A stretch of 37,205 nt of DNA from Prasinococcaceae sp. CCMP 1430 (Eukaryota > Plantae > Prasinodermophyta). The notes under the pieces are model-generated. The model did not search any database. It was not told the origin of the DNA and was given only the letters and a program-made list of their open reading frames with translations. Positions within the stretch are counted from its first letter, which is position 1. Every line of letters begins with the position of its first letter. The stretch spans positions 316,079-353,283 of the forward strand of contig RQSC01000030.1 of NCBI GenBank assembly GCA_013416795.1, written 5' to 3'. Both the position numbers and the translations under genes were made by a program. Below are positions 1 through 7,989 of the stretch, one piece after another.

Positions 1-2
1 CG

Positions 3-934
3 GGCGCGCCCGCCGGCGGCCCGCCGGCGCCCCTCGACTCGCTCGCGCTGGTGCAGCACCCGCCGACGTACACGCTGGGGACGGGCTCGACGCTCGAGCA
101 CGTGCGCTTCGACCCGTCGGCGCCGCCGCACGGCGCGGCCGTGTACCGCGTGGAGCGCGGCGGCGAGGTGACGTACCACGGCCCCGGCCAGCTGGTGCTC
201 TACCCGGTGCTCGACCTGCGCCGCTACGAGCGCGACCTGCACTGGTACATGCGCCAGCTCGAGGAGGTGGTGATCCGCGCGCTGCGCGACGGCGCGGGCA
301 TCGCCGACGCGCGCCGCGTGGACGGCCTGACCGGCGTGTGGGTGGGCGACGCCAAGGTGGCGGCGTGCGGCGTGCGCGTGCGGCGCTGGGTGGCCTTCCA
401 CGGCGTGGCGCTCAACGTGGCGCCCGACATGCGCCACTTCGAGGACATCGTGCCGTGCGGCATCGGCGACCGGCCCGTGTGCTCCGTGGAGGGCGTGCTC
501 GCCGCCCGAGGCGCGGCGGCCGGGGGGGCGTCGCCGACGGAGGGCGACGCGCTGCGCGACGCGCTCGCCGACGCGCTGCTGCGCGCGTTCGAGGAGGTCT
601 TCGGCGCGGAGCTCGTCGGCGCCGANNNNNNNNNNNNNNNNNNNNNNNNNNNNNNNNNNNNNNNNNNNNNNNNNNNNNNNNNNNNNNNNNNNNNNNNNNN
701 NNNNNNNNNNNNNNNNNNNNNNNNNNNNNNNNNNNNNNNNNNNNNNNNNNNNNNNNNNNNNNNNNNNNNNNNNNNNNNNNNNNNNNNNNNNNNNNNNNNN
801 NNNNNNNNNNNNNNNNNNNNNNNNNNNNNNNNNNNNNNNNNNNNNNNNNNTTCGACGGCGCGGACGCCGAAGGCGCGGCGCGCGAGGGGGCGGTGGCGGC
901 GCGCGGCGCCCGAGCGAGCGCGGGAGGGGGATGA
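3..934 (+). CDS. lipB: Lipoyl(octanoyl) transferase LipB/LIP2, 5' partial and interrupted by N-gap 625-850
   Basis: Frame is open from the window start: DSLALVQHPPTYTLG, RVERGGEVTYHGPGQLVLYP, GVWVGDAKVAACGVRVRRWVAFHGVALNV, FEDIVPCG are LipB signature motifs. The 3' end after the gap (stop at 934 in another frame) is uncertain. Confidence 0.9.
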   Translation, partial: RARRRPAGAPRLARAGAAPADVHAGDGLDARARALRPVGAAARRGRVPRGARRRGDVPRPRPAGALPGARPAPLRARPALVHAPARGGGDPRAARRRGHRRRAPRGRPDRRVGGRRQGGGVRRARAALGGLPRRGAQRGARHAPLRGHRAVRHRRPARVLRGGRARRPRRGGRGGVADGGRRAARRARRRAAARVRGGLRRGARRRRXXXXXXXXXXXXXXXXXXXXXXXXXXXXXXXXXXXXXXXXXXXXXXXXXXXXXXXXXXXXXXXXXXXXXXXXXXXFDGADAEGAAREGAVAARGARASAGGG

Positions 935-984
935 ACGACGAGGAAGGGGGGCGATGATGATGACGACGGGGACGTCGAAGGGGG

Positions 985-1018
985 GTGTTGTTGTTGTTGT
1001 TGTTGTTGTTGTGTGTGT
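985..1018 (+). repeat. (GTT)n/(GT)n microsatellite downstream of lipB
   Basis: Direct reading: gtgttgttgttgttgttgttgttgttgtgtgtgtg. Confidence 0.8.
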
Positions 1019-1194
1019 GGGGGGGTGGCGGTGGACGGCGGGCGGCAGAGGTGTGTAGTACATCAATAGACTCCTTTAGGTAATAGAACTCTACAGTAGT
1101 ACTACTTGGTGGTACGCAGCTGCCCGCCCCCCCCCTCTTCCCGACCTTCATCCACACACGCGCGCCCGCCCGGCCTGCTCGCCGGCGTCGCCGC

Positions 1195-1665
1195 TCAGCG
1201 CAGGTGCGCCCGCAGCGTGCGCTGCGTCGCGCGGCGCACCCTGCAGCGGATCGTCTCGAGGCCGAGCCGCTGGTGCGCCTCGTAGCGGTGGCAGCCCGAG
1301 AATCCGTAGTAGAGGTAGCCCTCGCCAGCCTCGTTCTCCACCTCGAGGACGTCTTGTTTCGTGCCGCCGTCGCGTGCGTGCGTGGGTGGGTGGGCGGGTG
1401 CGTGGGTGCGTGGGTGGGTGGGTGGGTGGGGAGTGAGCGGGAGTCCGCGCGCGCGAGCGCGCCACAGAGGGCGCGCGCGAGCGGGTGGAGGAGGGCGGGG
1501 GCGCGCGGGGCGGCCGCGGCGTACCGATGGGCTCCTGCAGGCCAATCTCGGCGATGCTCTCCATGAGCCACTTGACCTTGGCGGCGTCGTTGGCGCGCGT
1601 GCGCGCGAGCGGCCTGCGGATCGCCGCGACGGGCAGCTCGCGCACCTCGGCCGCCATCTCCTCCT
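1195..1665 (-). CDS. SRX: Sulfiredoxin, plant/algal type; exons 1525-1665 and 1195-1352; 5' end in N-gap, possible first exon 2291-2401
   Basis: Splicing the GT-AG intron 1353-1524 (ATC G|gtacgc ... aacaag|AC) gives GLQEPIDVLEV...YYGFSGCHRYEAHQRLGLETIRCRVRR, containing the catalytic FSGCHR motif. Confidence 0.92.
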   Translation of the reverse strand, partial: RRRWRPRCASCPSRRSAGRSRARAPTTPPRSSGSWRASPRLACRSPSVRRGRPARPRPPPPARARPLWRARARGLPLTPHPPTHPRTHAPAHPPTHARDGGTKQDVLEVENEAGEGYLYYGFSGCHRYEAHQRLGLETIRCRVRRATQRTLRAHLR

Positions 1666-2804
1666 NNNNNNNNNNNNNNNNNNNNNNNNNNNNNNNNNNN
1701 NNNNNNNNNNNNNNNNNNNNNNNNNNNNNNNNNNNNNNNNNNNNNNNNNNNNNNNNNNNNNNNNNNNNNNNNNNNNNNNNNNNNNNNNNNNNNNNNNNNN
1801 NNNNNNNNNNNNNNNNNNNNNNNNNNNNNNNNNNNNNNNNNNNNNNNNNNNNNNNNNNNNNNNNNNNNNNNNNNNNNNNNNNNNNNNNNNNNNNNNNNNN
1901 NNNNNNNNNNNNNNNNNNNNNNNNNNNNNNNNNNNNNNNNNNNNNNNNNNNNNNNNNNNNNNNNNNNNNNNNNNNNNNNNNNNNNNNNNNNNNNNNNNNN
2001 NNNNNNNNNNNNNNNNNNNNNNNNNNNNNNNNNNNNNNNNNNNNNNNNNNNNNNNNNNNNNNNNNNNNNNNNNNNNNNNNNNNNNNNNNNNNNNNNNNNN
2101 NNNNNNNNNNNNNNNNNNNNNNNNNNNNNNNNNNNNNNNNNNNNNNNNNNNNNNNNNNNNNNNNNNNNNNNNNNNNNNNNNNNNNNNNNNNNNNNNNNNN
2201 NNNNNNNNNNNNNNNNNNNNNNNNNNNNNNNNNNNNNNNNNNNNNNNNNNNNNNNNNNNNNNNNNNNNNNNNNNNNNNNNNNNNNNNNNNGGCGGCGGCG
2301 CCGTCGGCGGCGCCCGCCTCCGCCTCTGCGCGCGCCGCGCGCGCCTCCGCTCGTTTTCGCGCGACGCGGAGCGCGTTTAGGTTCAATCGTTTGGGTTTCA
2401 TAGTCAGGGTCCAATATAGGGTCCAAAATGCATGTAAATGCTACTGAACGTACTGTAAAAAGCTTTTTTACACTGCACTGTACTTCGAACTCGCACCAAC
2501 GCGCGCGAAGGCACGGAGAAAAGCCCGCACAAAGGTGTACGTACGTACGTACGTACACCACCACCACCCGAGCTCATTTAGGTTTGATAATTGAGGTTTG
2601 AATATGTAGGGTTCCCAAAAAAAATCGCACGGATTCGCGACGGCGCGCGCCGAATCCCGTGAAACCGGGCGTCGAAGGGTGCGGCGCGCGCGGCCCGGCG
2701 CGCGCGGGCGTCCGCGGAATTCGAAGCGCGCGCGCGCGGGCCTCTCGAAGCCGCGCGAGTGCGGTGTGATGGGCCGGGCGCCCCGAGCTGGACCGCCCGG
2801 GCGC

Positions 2805-3022
2805 ATCAAAATAATATTCCGTAAAAAACTTTCACGGTGCTGTAAATAAAAGTATGAAATACGCGGAAGCAACGAAAAAAGAGTGGCCATTTTGGGAGGT
2901 AGGACTCTCTCGAAATCAAAATAATATTACGTAAAAAAATTTCACGGTGCTGAAAATAAAGTATGAAATACGCGGAAGCAACGGAAAAGAGCGGCCACTT
3001 TCGGGAGGTTTGACTCTCTCTC
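2805..3022. repeat. Diverged tandem duplication of a ~110-bp AT-rich unit (copies start at 2805 and 2915)
   Basis: Both copies read atcaaaataatatt(c/a)cgtaaaaaa...ttcacggtgctg...gtatgaaatacgcggaagcaacg...gag(t/c)ggcca...gggagg...gactctctc. Confidence 0.9.
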
Positions 3023-3200
3023 TCGCGCGCCCCTGGAGAGGCGCGGCGCGGCGCGTGGAGCCGCGCGAGGTGCGCCCCGTCTGGGAGACCATGGACGGGC
3101 GGGAGGCGCGCGGGCCGCTGAGGCCGTACGACGCGTGCTGGGCGGGATGCTGACTGAAGAAGCTGGGGGGGGGAGCATCCGTGATGGTAGAGGAGAGGAA

Positions 3201-3485
3201 ATGAATTGCCTCAACCGCGCGCTCGACCTATTCAACACGGCCGTGGTGAGCCCCACATAGTACGTGCTCGTCACCACGCTGAGCGTCCTCGCCGAGGCCA
3301 TCATGTGCGGCGAGCTGGGCGGGCTGGGCGGCGTGCGGAAGCTGGGCGAGCTCAGCGGCTTCACCACCGTCCTCGTCGGCGTCTTCCTGCTGCGGGGGTG
3401 TAGAAAGGACGAGAGCGCGGAGAAGCTGCTGAGCGAGCTCAGCGGCCTCCTGCCTGCGCGCCGGCAAGAGAGCCAGATGCCCTGA
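3201..3485 (+). pseudogene. NIPA-family magnesium transporter C-terminal fragment with an in-frame stop
   Basis: MNCLNRALDLFNTAVVSPT*YVLVTTLSVLAEAIM...ELSGFTTVLVGVFLL matches the NIPA motif QMNYLNKALDxFNTAVVSPIYYV...ELCGFxTxLxGxFLL. TAG at 3258-3260 replaces a Tyr. No upstream NIPA sequence is recognisable. Confidence 0.75.
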
Positions 3486-3567
3486 CGCGCTCGGGGTGTG
3501 GGGGGGCTTCGAGCGGTTGGGGAAGGCGGTCCACGCGCGGCCGCCGCGGGTGCGAGGGCGCTTGGTA

Positions 3568-3619
<52 letters not shown>

Positions 3620-3677
3620 CGCGGCCCTGTAGTCTACACACACCTGTACTGTAACATGCTCAAGAAAACGCACTCGA

Positions 3678-4045
3678 CTAACCGGAGGTGTGCGCGCGTC
3701 TGAGCAGCGCCGCGGCGGCCCCGACGCGGTCATGCGCGTCCCACCGGTGGGCAGATTCCTCGGCGAGTTGGAGCGCCGTGCGGCCGTCGGCATTGCGGGC
3801 GGATGCGTCGGCGCCCGCCTCGAGCAGCACCAGCACGCAGTCGGCGGAGCCGCGTCTGCCGGCGCGGTGCAAGGGTGTGTTGCCCTCGACGTCAGCCTTC
3901 TCAATGTCGGCGCCCGCCTCGAGCAGCAGCCGCACGCAGTCGGGAGAGTCCCAGCCAGCTGCGAAGTGAAGAGGCGTCTCGCCGTCCACATTAGCCTTGT
4001 CCTTTTCGGCGCCCGCCTCGAGCAGCAGTCGCACGCAGTCGGCGC
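3678..4045 (-). CDS. Ankyrin-repeat protein fragment (about 3 repeats), 5' end missing
   Basis: DCVRLLLEAGAEKDKANVDGETPLHFAA, DCVRLLLEAGADIEKADVEGNTPLHRA, GRTALQLAE. The supplied ORF has no in-frame ATG. Confidence 0.75.
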
Positions 4046-4186
4046 TGCTGCCTTCTGCTCCCGGGGCGCACTTTTTTGTCGGCCACAAAAAAGTCACGCG
4101 TCGCCCGCGCCGCGTCGCGCTCTCTTTGCGCGCGCGCGAAAAGAGCGCCGCTGTCACATCGCGCGCGCACGAGCGAGCAAAAGAGC

Positions 4187-4192
4187 AAAAAA
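4187..4192 (-). terminator. RNA polymerase III oligo-T terminator (T6)
   Basis: AAAAAA on + at 4187-4192, i.e. TTTTTT 5 nt after the tRNA discriminator on the - strand. Confidence 0.7.
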
Positions 4193-4197
4193 GTGTT

Positions 4198-4314
4198 TGA
4201 TCAATACCGGGTTTTCGTGCACTCGAACCGATGGCCTTGCTTAACTTGTCACGTGAAATACACGTGCGTAAAGAGTTATTAGCTCCACGCTCTAACCAAC
4301 TGAGCTAATCGATC
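4198..4314 (-). tRNA. trnI-AAT: tRNA-Ile(AAT) with two non-canonical introns (41/42: 4240-4272; 59/60: 4212-4221)
   Basis: After removing both introns (74 nt remain): acceptor GATCGAT/ATTGATC plus discriminator A, D arm GCTC-AGTTGGTTA-GAGC, anticodon arm TGGAG-CTAATAA-CTCCA, variable AGGCC, T arm ATCGG-TTCGAGC-CCGGT. Confidence 0.88.
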
Positions 4315-4941
4315 AAGCCTGTGCGCTCGCGAAAATTGGAGCTCATCAACGTATGTGTCAAAATGCCGGCAAGGATCGCGGCCGCTCCGCTTCGACCGCC
4401 CTGCGCACGCACTCTGCCTGCCCCCCGCAGCGCTCGGCGCGGCGCAGGCGCCCGCCCGCGGAGGGGGCCGCCGATCCCATCGGATCCGATCCGCCCTTCT
4501 CGGCGTGGAAGGCACAGCCTCCATCGAAGAGGGCTCGCTCATCGTCCGCACGACGGGTCGCCTCCAGCCAGCAGCCCGAGAAATTCTTTCAGGTAGCCTT
4601 TTACCACAAAAGGGTTTACAGCACGCGAGATGGATGGGCCGCGCGGCGCACCACCGCTGGCGCCGCTCGATGGCGGACGCGGGGGTCCGGGGGGGGAACG
4701 CCCGCCACAACCGCCACACCCGCCCCCCTCCCCCTCCCCCTTTCCTCCCCCACCCCACGTACTCCCCAACCCCCCCCTCGCGCGCTCCTGAGCTCGCTCG
4801 CACGCCTCCGACGCCCAGCCCGCTCCACGCCTGGGCGAAGGAGAGCGCGAGGACCGAGCCACGCCCCCACTTCCCCCGTCGACGACAGCGACGACGACAC
4901 CGTCGACGACCACCCCCCCCCCCACCCACACACCCACACAA

Positions 4942-6496
4942 CCTCCGACGTTCGAGGACGTGTCCACCGCGGCGTTCCGCATCCGCGAGCGCACCGCGCG
5001 CACGCACTGCCACCGGTCGGAGGCGCTCTCCGCGGCGACGGGCGTCGAGCTGTACCTCAAGCACGAGCACAAGCAGCGCACGGGGAGCTTCAAGGAGCGG
5101 GGCGCGTGCTACGCGCTGCTGACCCTCTCCGCGGAGGAGCGCGGGGCGGGCATCACCGCGGCGTCGGCCGGCAACCACGCGCTCGCCCTGGCCGCGCACG
5201 CGGGCGCGCTCGGGCTGGAGGCGCACGTGGTGATGCCGACGACGGCCCCCCTCACCAAGATCGCGCGCTGCCGCTCGCTGGGCGCGGACGTGGTGCTCCA
5301 CGGCGAGACCATCGCCGACGCCGCCGAGTACGCGCGCGAGCACTTCGTGTCGCGCGGCTGCAAGTACGTCAACGGCTTCGACGACCCGGCGATCATCGCG
5401 GGCGCGGGCACCGTCGGGCTGGAGCTCCTGGAGCAGGTGAAGGACCTGGACTACATCGTCGTGCCGGCCGGCGGGGGGGGGCTGCTGGCGGGCATCCTGC
5501 TGGCGGCCAAGACGCTCGCCCCGGCCGTCAAGGTGGTCGGCGTGGAGCCCGAGCGCTGCGCGAGCCTGTCGGCGGCCCTCGCGGCCGGCGAGCCCACGCT
5601 GCTGGAGGTGCCGGGGCCGACGCTCGCCGACGGCCTCGCCGTGCCGTGCGTGGGGCCCACCTCCTTCGAGGTCATCCGGCCGCTCGTCGACGACGTGGTC
5701 ACCGTGTCCGAGCAGGTGAGGGAAAAGCGCGCGCCCCCATCGGGCTCCTTGCGGGGCGGGATGGCAGTGCGGACGAGGGGCGAGGAGGAGCCCCCTCCCC
5801 ATGCCCCTTACCCCCCCCCCGTTCCCGCCCATGGCGCGAGAGTCTGACGACGACGGGCGCCGTGGCCTCCGCGCCACCCTTCCCACACACACACACACCC
5901 TCTCTCTTGGCTCGCCGGCGCCACGCAGGACATCGCCGTCGCGGTCTTGCGGCTGATGGAGACCGAGCGCATCGTGCAGGAGGGCGCCGGCGCGGCGGGC
6001 CTGGCGGCGGTGCTCGCCGGCCGCATTCCGGGGCTCGCGGGCAAGAGGGTGGGCGTGCCGCTCTGCGGCGCGAACATCGACAGCACGGTGCTCGGGCGCG
6101 TGATCGACCGCGCGCTGGTGTACGACTCGCGCCTCGTGCGCTTCAGCGCGGTGGTCTCCGACAGGTGCGCGCGCGCGACGCCGACCGCTGGCCGCCGACC
6201 GCTGGCCGCTGGCCGCTGGCCGCTGAGCGCTGGCCGCTGAGCGCTGACCGCCGAGCGCTCGCCGCTGAAGGCCCGGGGGCATCGCCGAGCTCACGGCCGT
6301 GATCGCCAAGGCGGGCGCATCGGTCAAGGACATCTACCACGAGAGGTCGTGGCTGCAGTACGACCCGGTGCACGCGGTGGAGTGCGTGCTCTCGGTGGAG
6401 CTCACCGGGCCGGAGCACAAGGTCAAGCTGCGCGAGGCGATGCAGGCGGCCATCGATTCGAAGAGGGTGCACTCGTGGGGTAACATCAAGCTGTAG
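4942..6496 (+). CDS. Threonine/serine dehydratase (PLP-dependent) with C-terminal ACT domain; exons ~4942-5715, 5929-6164, 6271-6496; 5' exon unresolved (candidate ATG 4670)
   Basis: Motifs LYLKHEHKQRTGSFKERGA, ASAGNHA, NGFDDPAIIAGAGTVGLE, VPAGGGGL, TLADGLAV, EGAGAAGLAA, LCGANID. GT-AG introns 5716-5928 and 6165-6270 keep the frame and give SDRPGGIAELTAVIAKAGASVKDIYHER (ACT). Confidence 0.9.
6186..6250 (+). repeat. Heptamer tandem repeat (GCTGGCC/GCTGAGC/GCTGACC) in the last dehydratase intron
   Basis: Direct reading: gctggccgctggccgctggccgctgagcgctggccgctgagcgctgacc. Confidence 0.8.
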
Positions 6497-6630
6497 CCCT
6501 CGCAGCAGGGCGCGCTCCAAACGCTCCCACCGATTCGATCCGAAGAGCTCGCACTGCAAGTGGGGTACCTACCGGCAAGCAAGCTTCCTCTTCGTCCTCG
6601 CGGGTCGCGCTCCAAACACTCAAAACTCGC

Positions 6631-7383
6631 TCACGGCAGCCTCTCGAGCGCGGGTTCGCGCGCCTTGGAGGTGATGCGCCGCGTGCAGCAGGCCATGAGG
6701 GCGCCCAGCACGGAGAACTGGGCGCCGCTGAGGACGCCGAAGGCGATGGCGGCCTTGTAGAGGCTCTCGTTCCAGCCCGAGGCGCCCGCGTCGCCGTGCG
6801 CGAGCTGGAAGAGCCGCAGCGAGCCCAGGAAGGCGAAGGAGGCGTTGAGGAGCACGAGGCCCGTGAAGACGGTGGCGCCCGTCGCGATGCCGAAGCCGCG
6901 CCCCGCGTTGTAGCTGTCGCTCACCATCATGAGGAGGACGAAGACGGTCACGAGCGCTTTTTTTGGTTCGTTGCGTTCGGCGCGCGGAGAGGGGTCCGAA
7001 GGGAGGCGCGTCAGCCGGGTCTGTGGTGGCGGCGCGCGCAGGCGCGCGCGCGCGCGTGGGGGGAGGGGCGGGGAGGTCGGGGGAGGTCGAGCGTGCGCCT
7101 CGCGCGCTTGGATAGCAACACCCTAACTAAAAAGCCGCCCCTCACCGGTGTCGACGATCGTGCCGACCACCGCCACCGAGGTCACGGCGTACAGCGCCGA
7201 CGCCTGGTCCCTGTACGCGTCGCACAGGTCGCCCCCGCTGCACTGGTCGCCGCTGAAGGCGCCGTAGGTGTCGGCCGCGGCGCCGTAGCCCACCCCGACG
7301 AAGACGGCGGCGCAGGCCGCCGCGAAGAAGAAGAGCGTCAGGAACGCGCAGCGGAGGGAGAACCTCGACGACGACGACGACAT
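6631..7383 (-). CDS. Hypothetical multi-pass membrane protein; exons 7146-7383 and 6631-6956
   Basis: ATG at 7383. Phase-1 intron 6957-7145 (ACC G|gtgag ... aaaaag|CG) joins two ORFs with several hydrophobic segments and a CSGGDLC loop. Confidence 0.65.
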
Positions 7384-7708
7384 GGCGGTGGGTGGGGGCG
7401 ACACCGGGGTCTCGGCTTTGGTCACTGGGAGGCGCTTGTTGGCCGGCGCCGACGGTGCGTGGATGCGCCCGCCCGCCCCGAGGCGCCCGCCCCGTCTGTG
7501 GCGCCCGCGGCGCCGCGGCGGCGTCCAATCGGCGCGGAGGCGAGCGAGAGCACCCCAGGCACGCGTGCGCGAGCATGCCCATTTTTTGGCAGGGCGGCAA
7601 TTGATCGTCATAGATAACTCAACATATTCCATTCGTTTGGGTCGGCGAGCACCACACCGCTCGACTCGCCACGTTCTAGAGCTCCTGGAAGCTTAGTCCG
7701 CACGCCGT

Positions 7709-7793
7709 TCACGCCGCCTCCTTGAGAGCGGTCATGTACTCCCCAAGGGCCCACAGAGGGAAGATGTTCCTGTACTGCGCGTAGGTGATCATG
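7709..7793 (-). CDS. CAS1: Terminal exon of an oxidosqualene cyclase (cycloartenol-synthase-like); rest of gene not in window
   Basis: ctcgcag|C ATG ATC ACC TAC reads (C)MITYAQYRNIFPLWALGEYMTALKEAA*, matching the OSC C-terminus [20 protein letters not shown]. Lies 37 nt from the single-N join at 7830. Confidence 0.8.
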
Positions 7794-7989
7794 CTGCGAG
7801 ATCCGCGCGGGCGCGCCCGTCAGCGGCGANATGCGCGCGCGCCCCCCGCGCGCGCGCGGCGGGCGGCGCCAGTGCGGCGACACGGCGCGACAAGGGGGTT
7901 AAGGGGGCAGCCTCCACCCCACCCCAGCCCCACCCCCTCGCTCGTCGGCCGCCGCCCCCGACGCGCGCGCGCTCGTCGTACAGGCGACG

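Noticed and set aside
1380-1432. (GGGT)n tract with G-quadruplex potential
   Set aside because: It is the complement of the CA/CCCA-rich composition shared by many introns in this window.
2805-3022. CRISPR-like array
   Set aside because: Only two adjacent 110-bp units with no spacers, in a eukaryotic context with no cas genes.
3568-3616. Run of about 49 G
   Set aside because: Long poly-G is a common sequencing or assembly artefact and nothing else supports a function.
4273-4282. Canonical 37/38 intron model for the tRNA-Ile
   Set aside because: No 3' exon start restores a stem pairing with TGGAG; only the 41/42 cut gives CTCCA.
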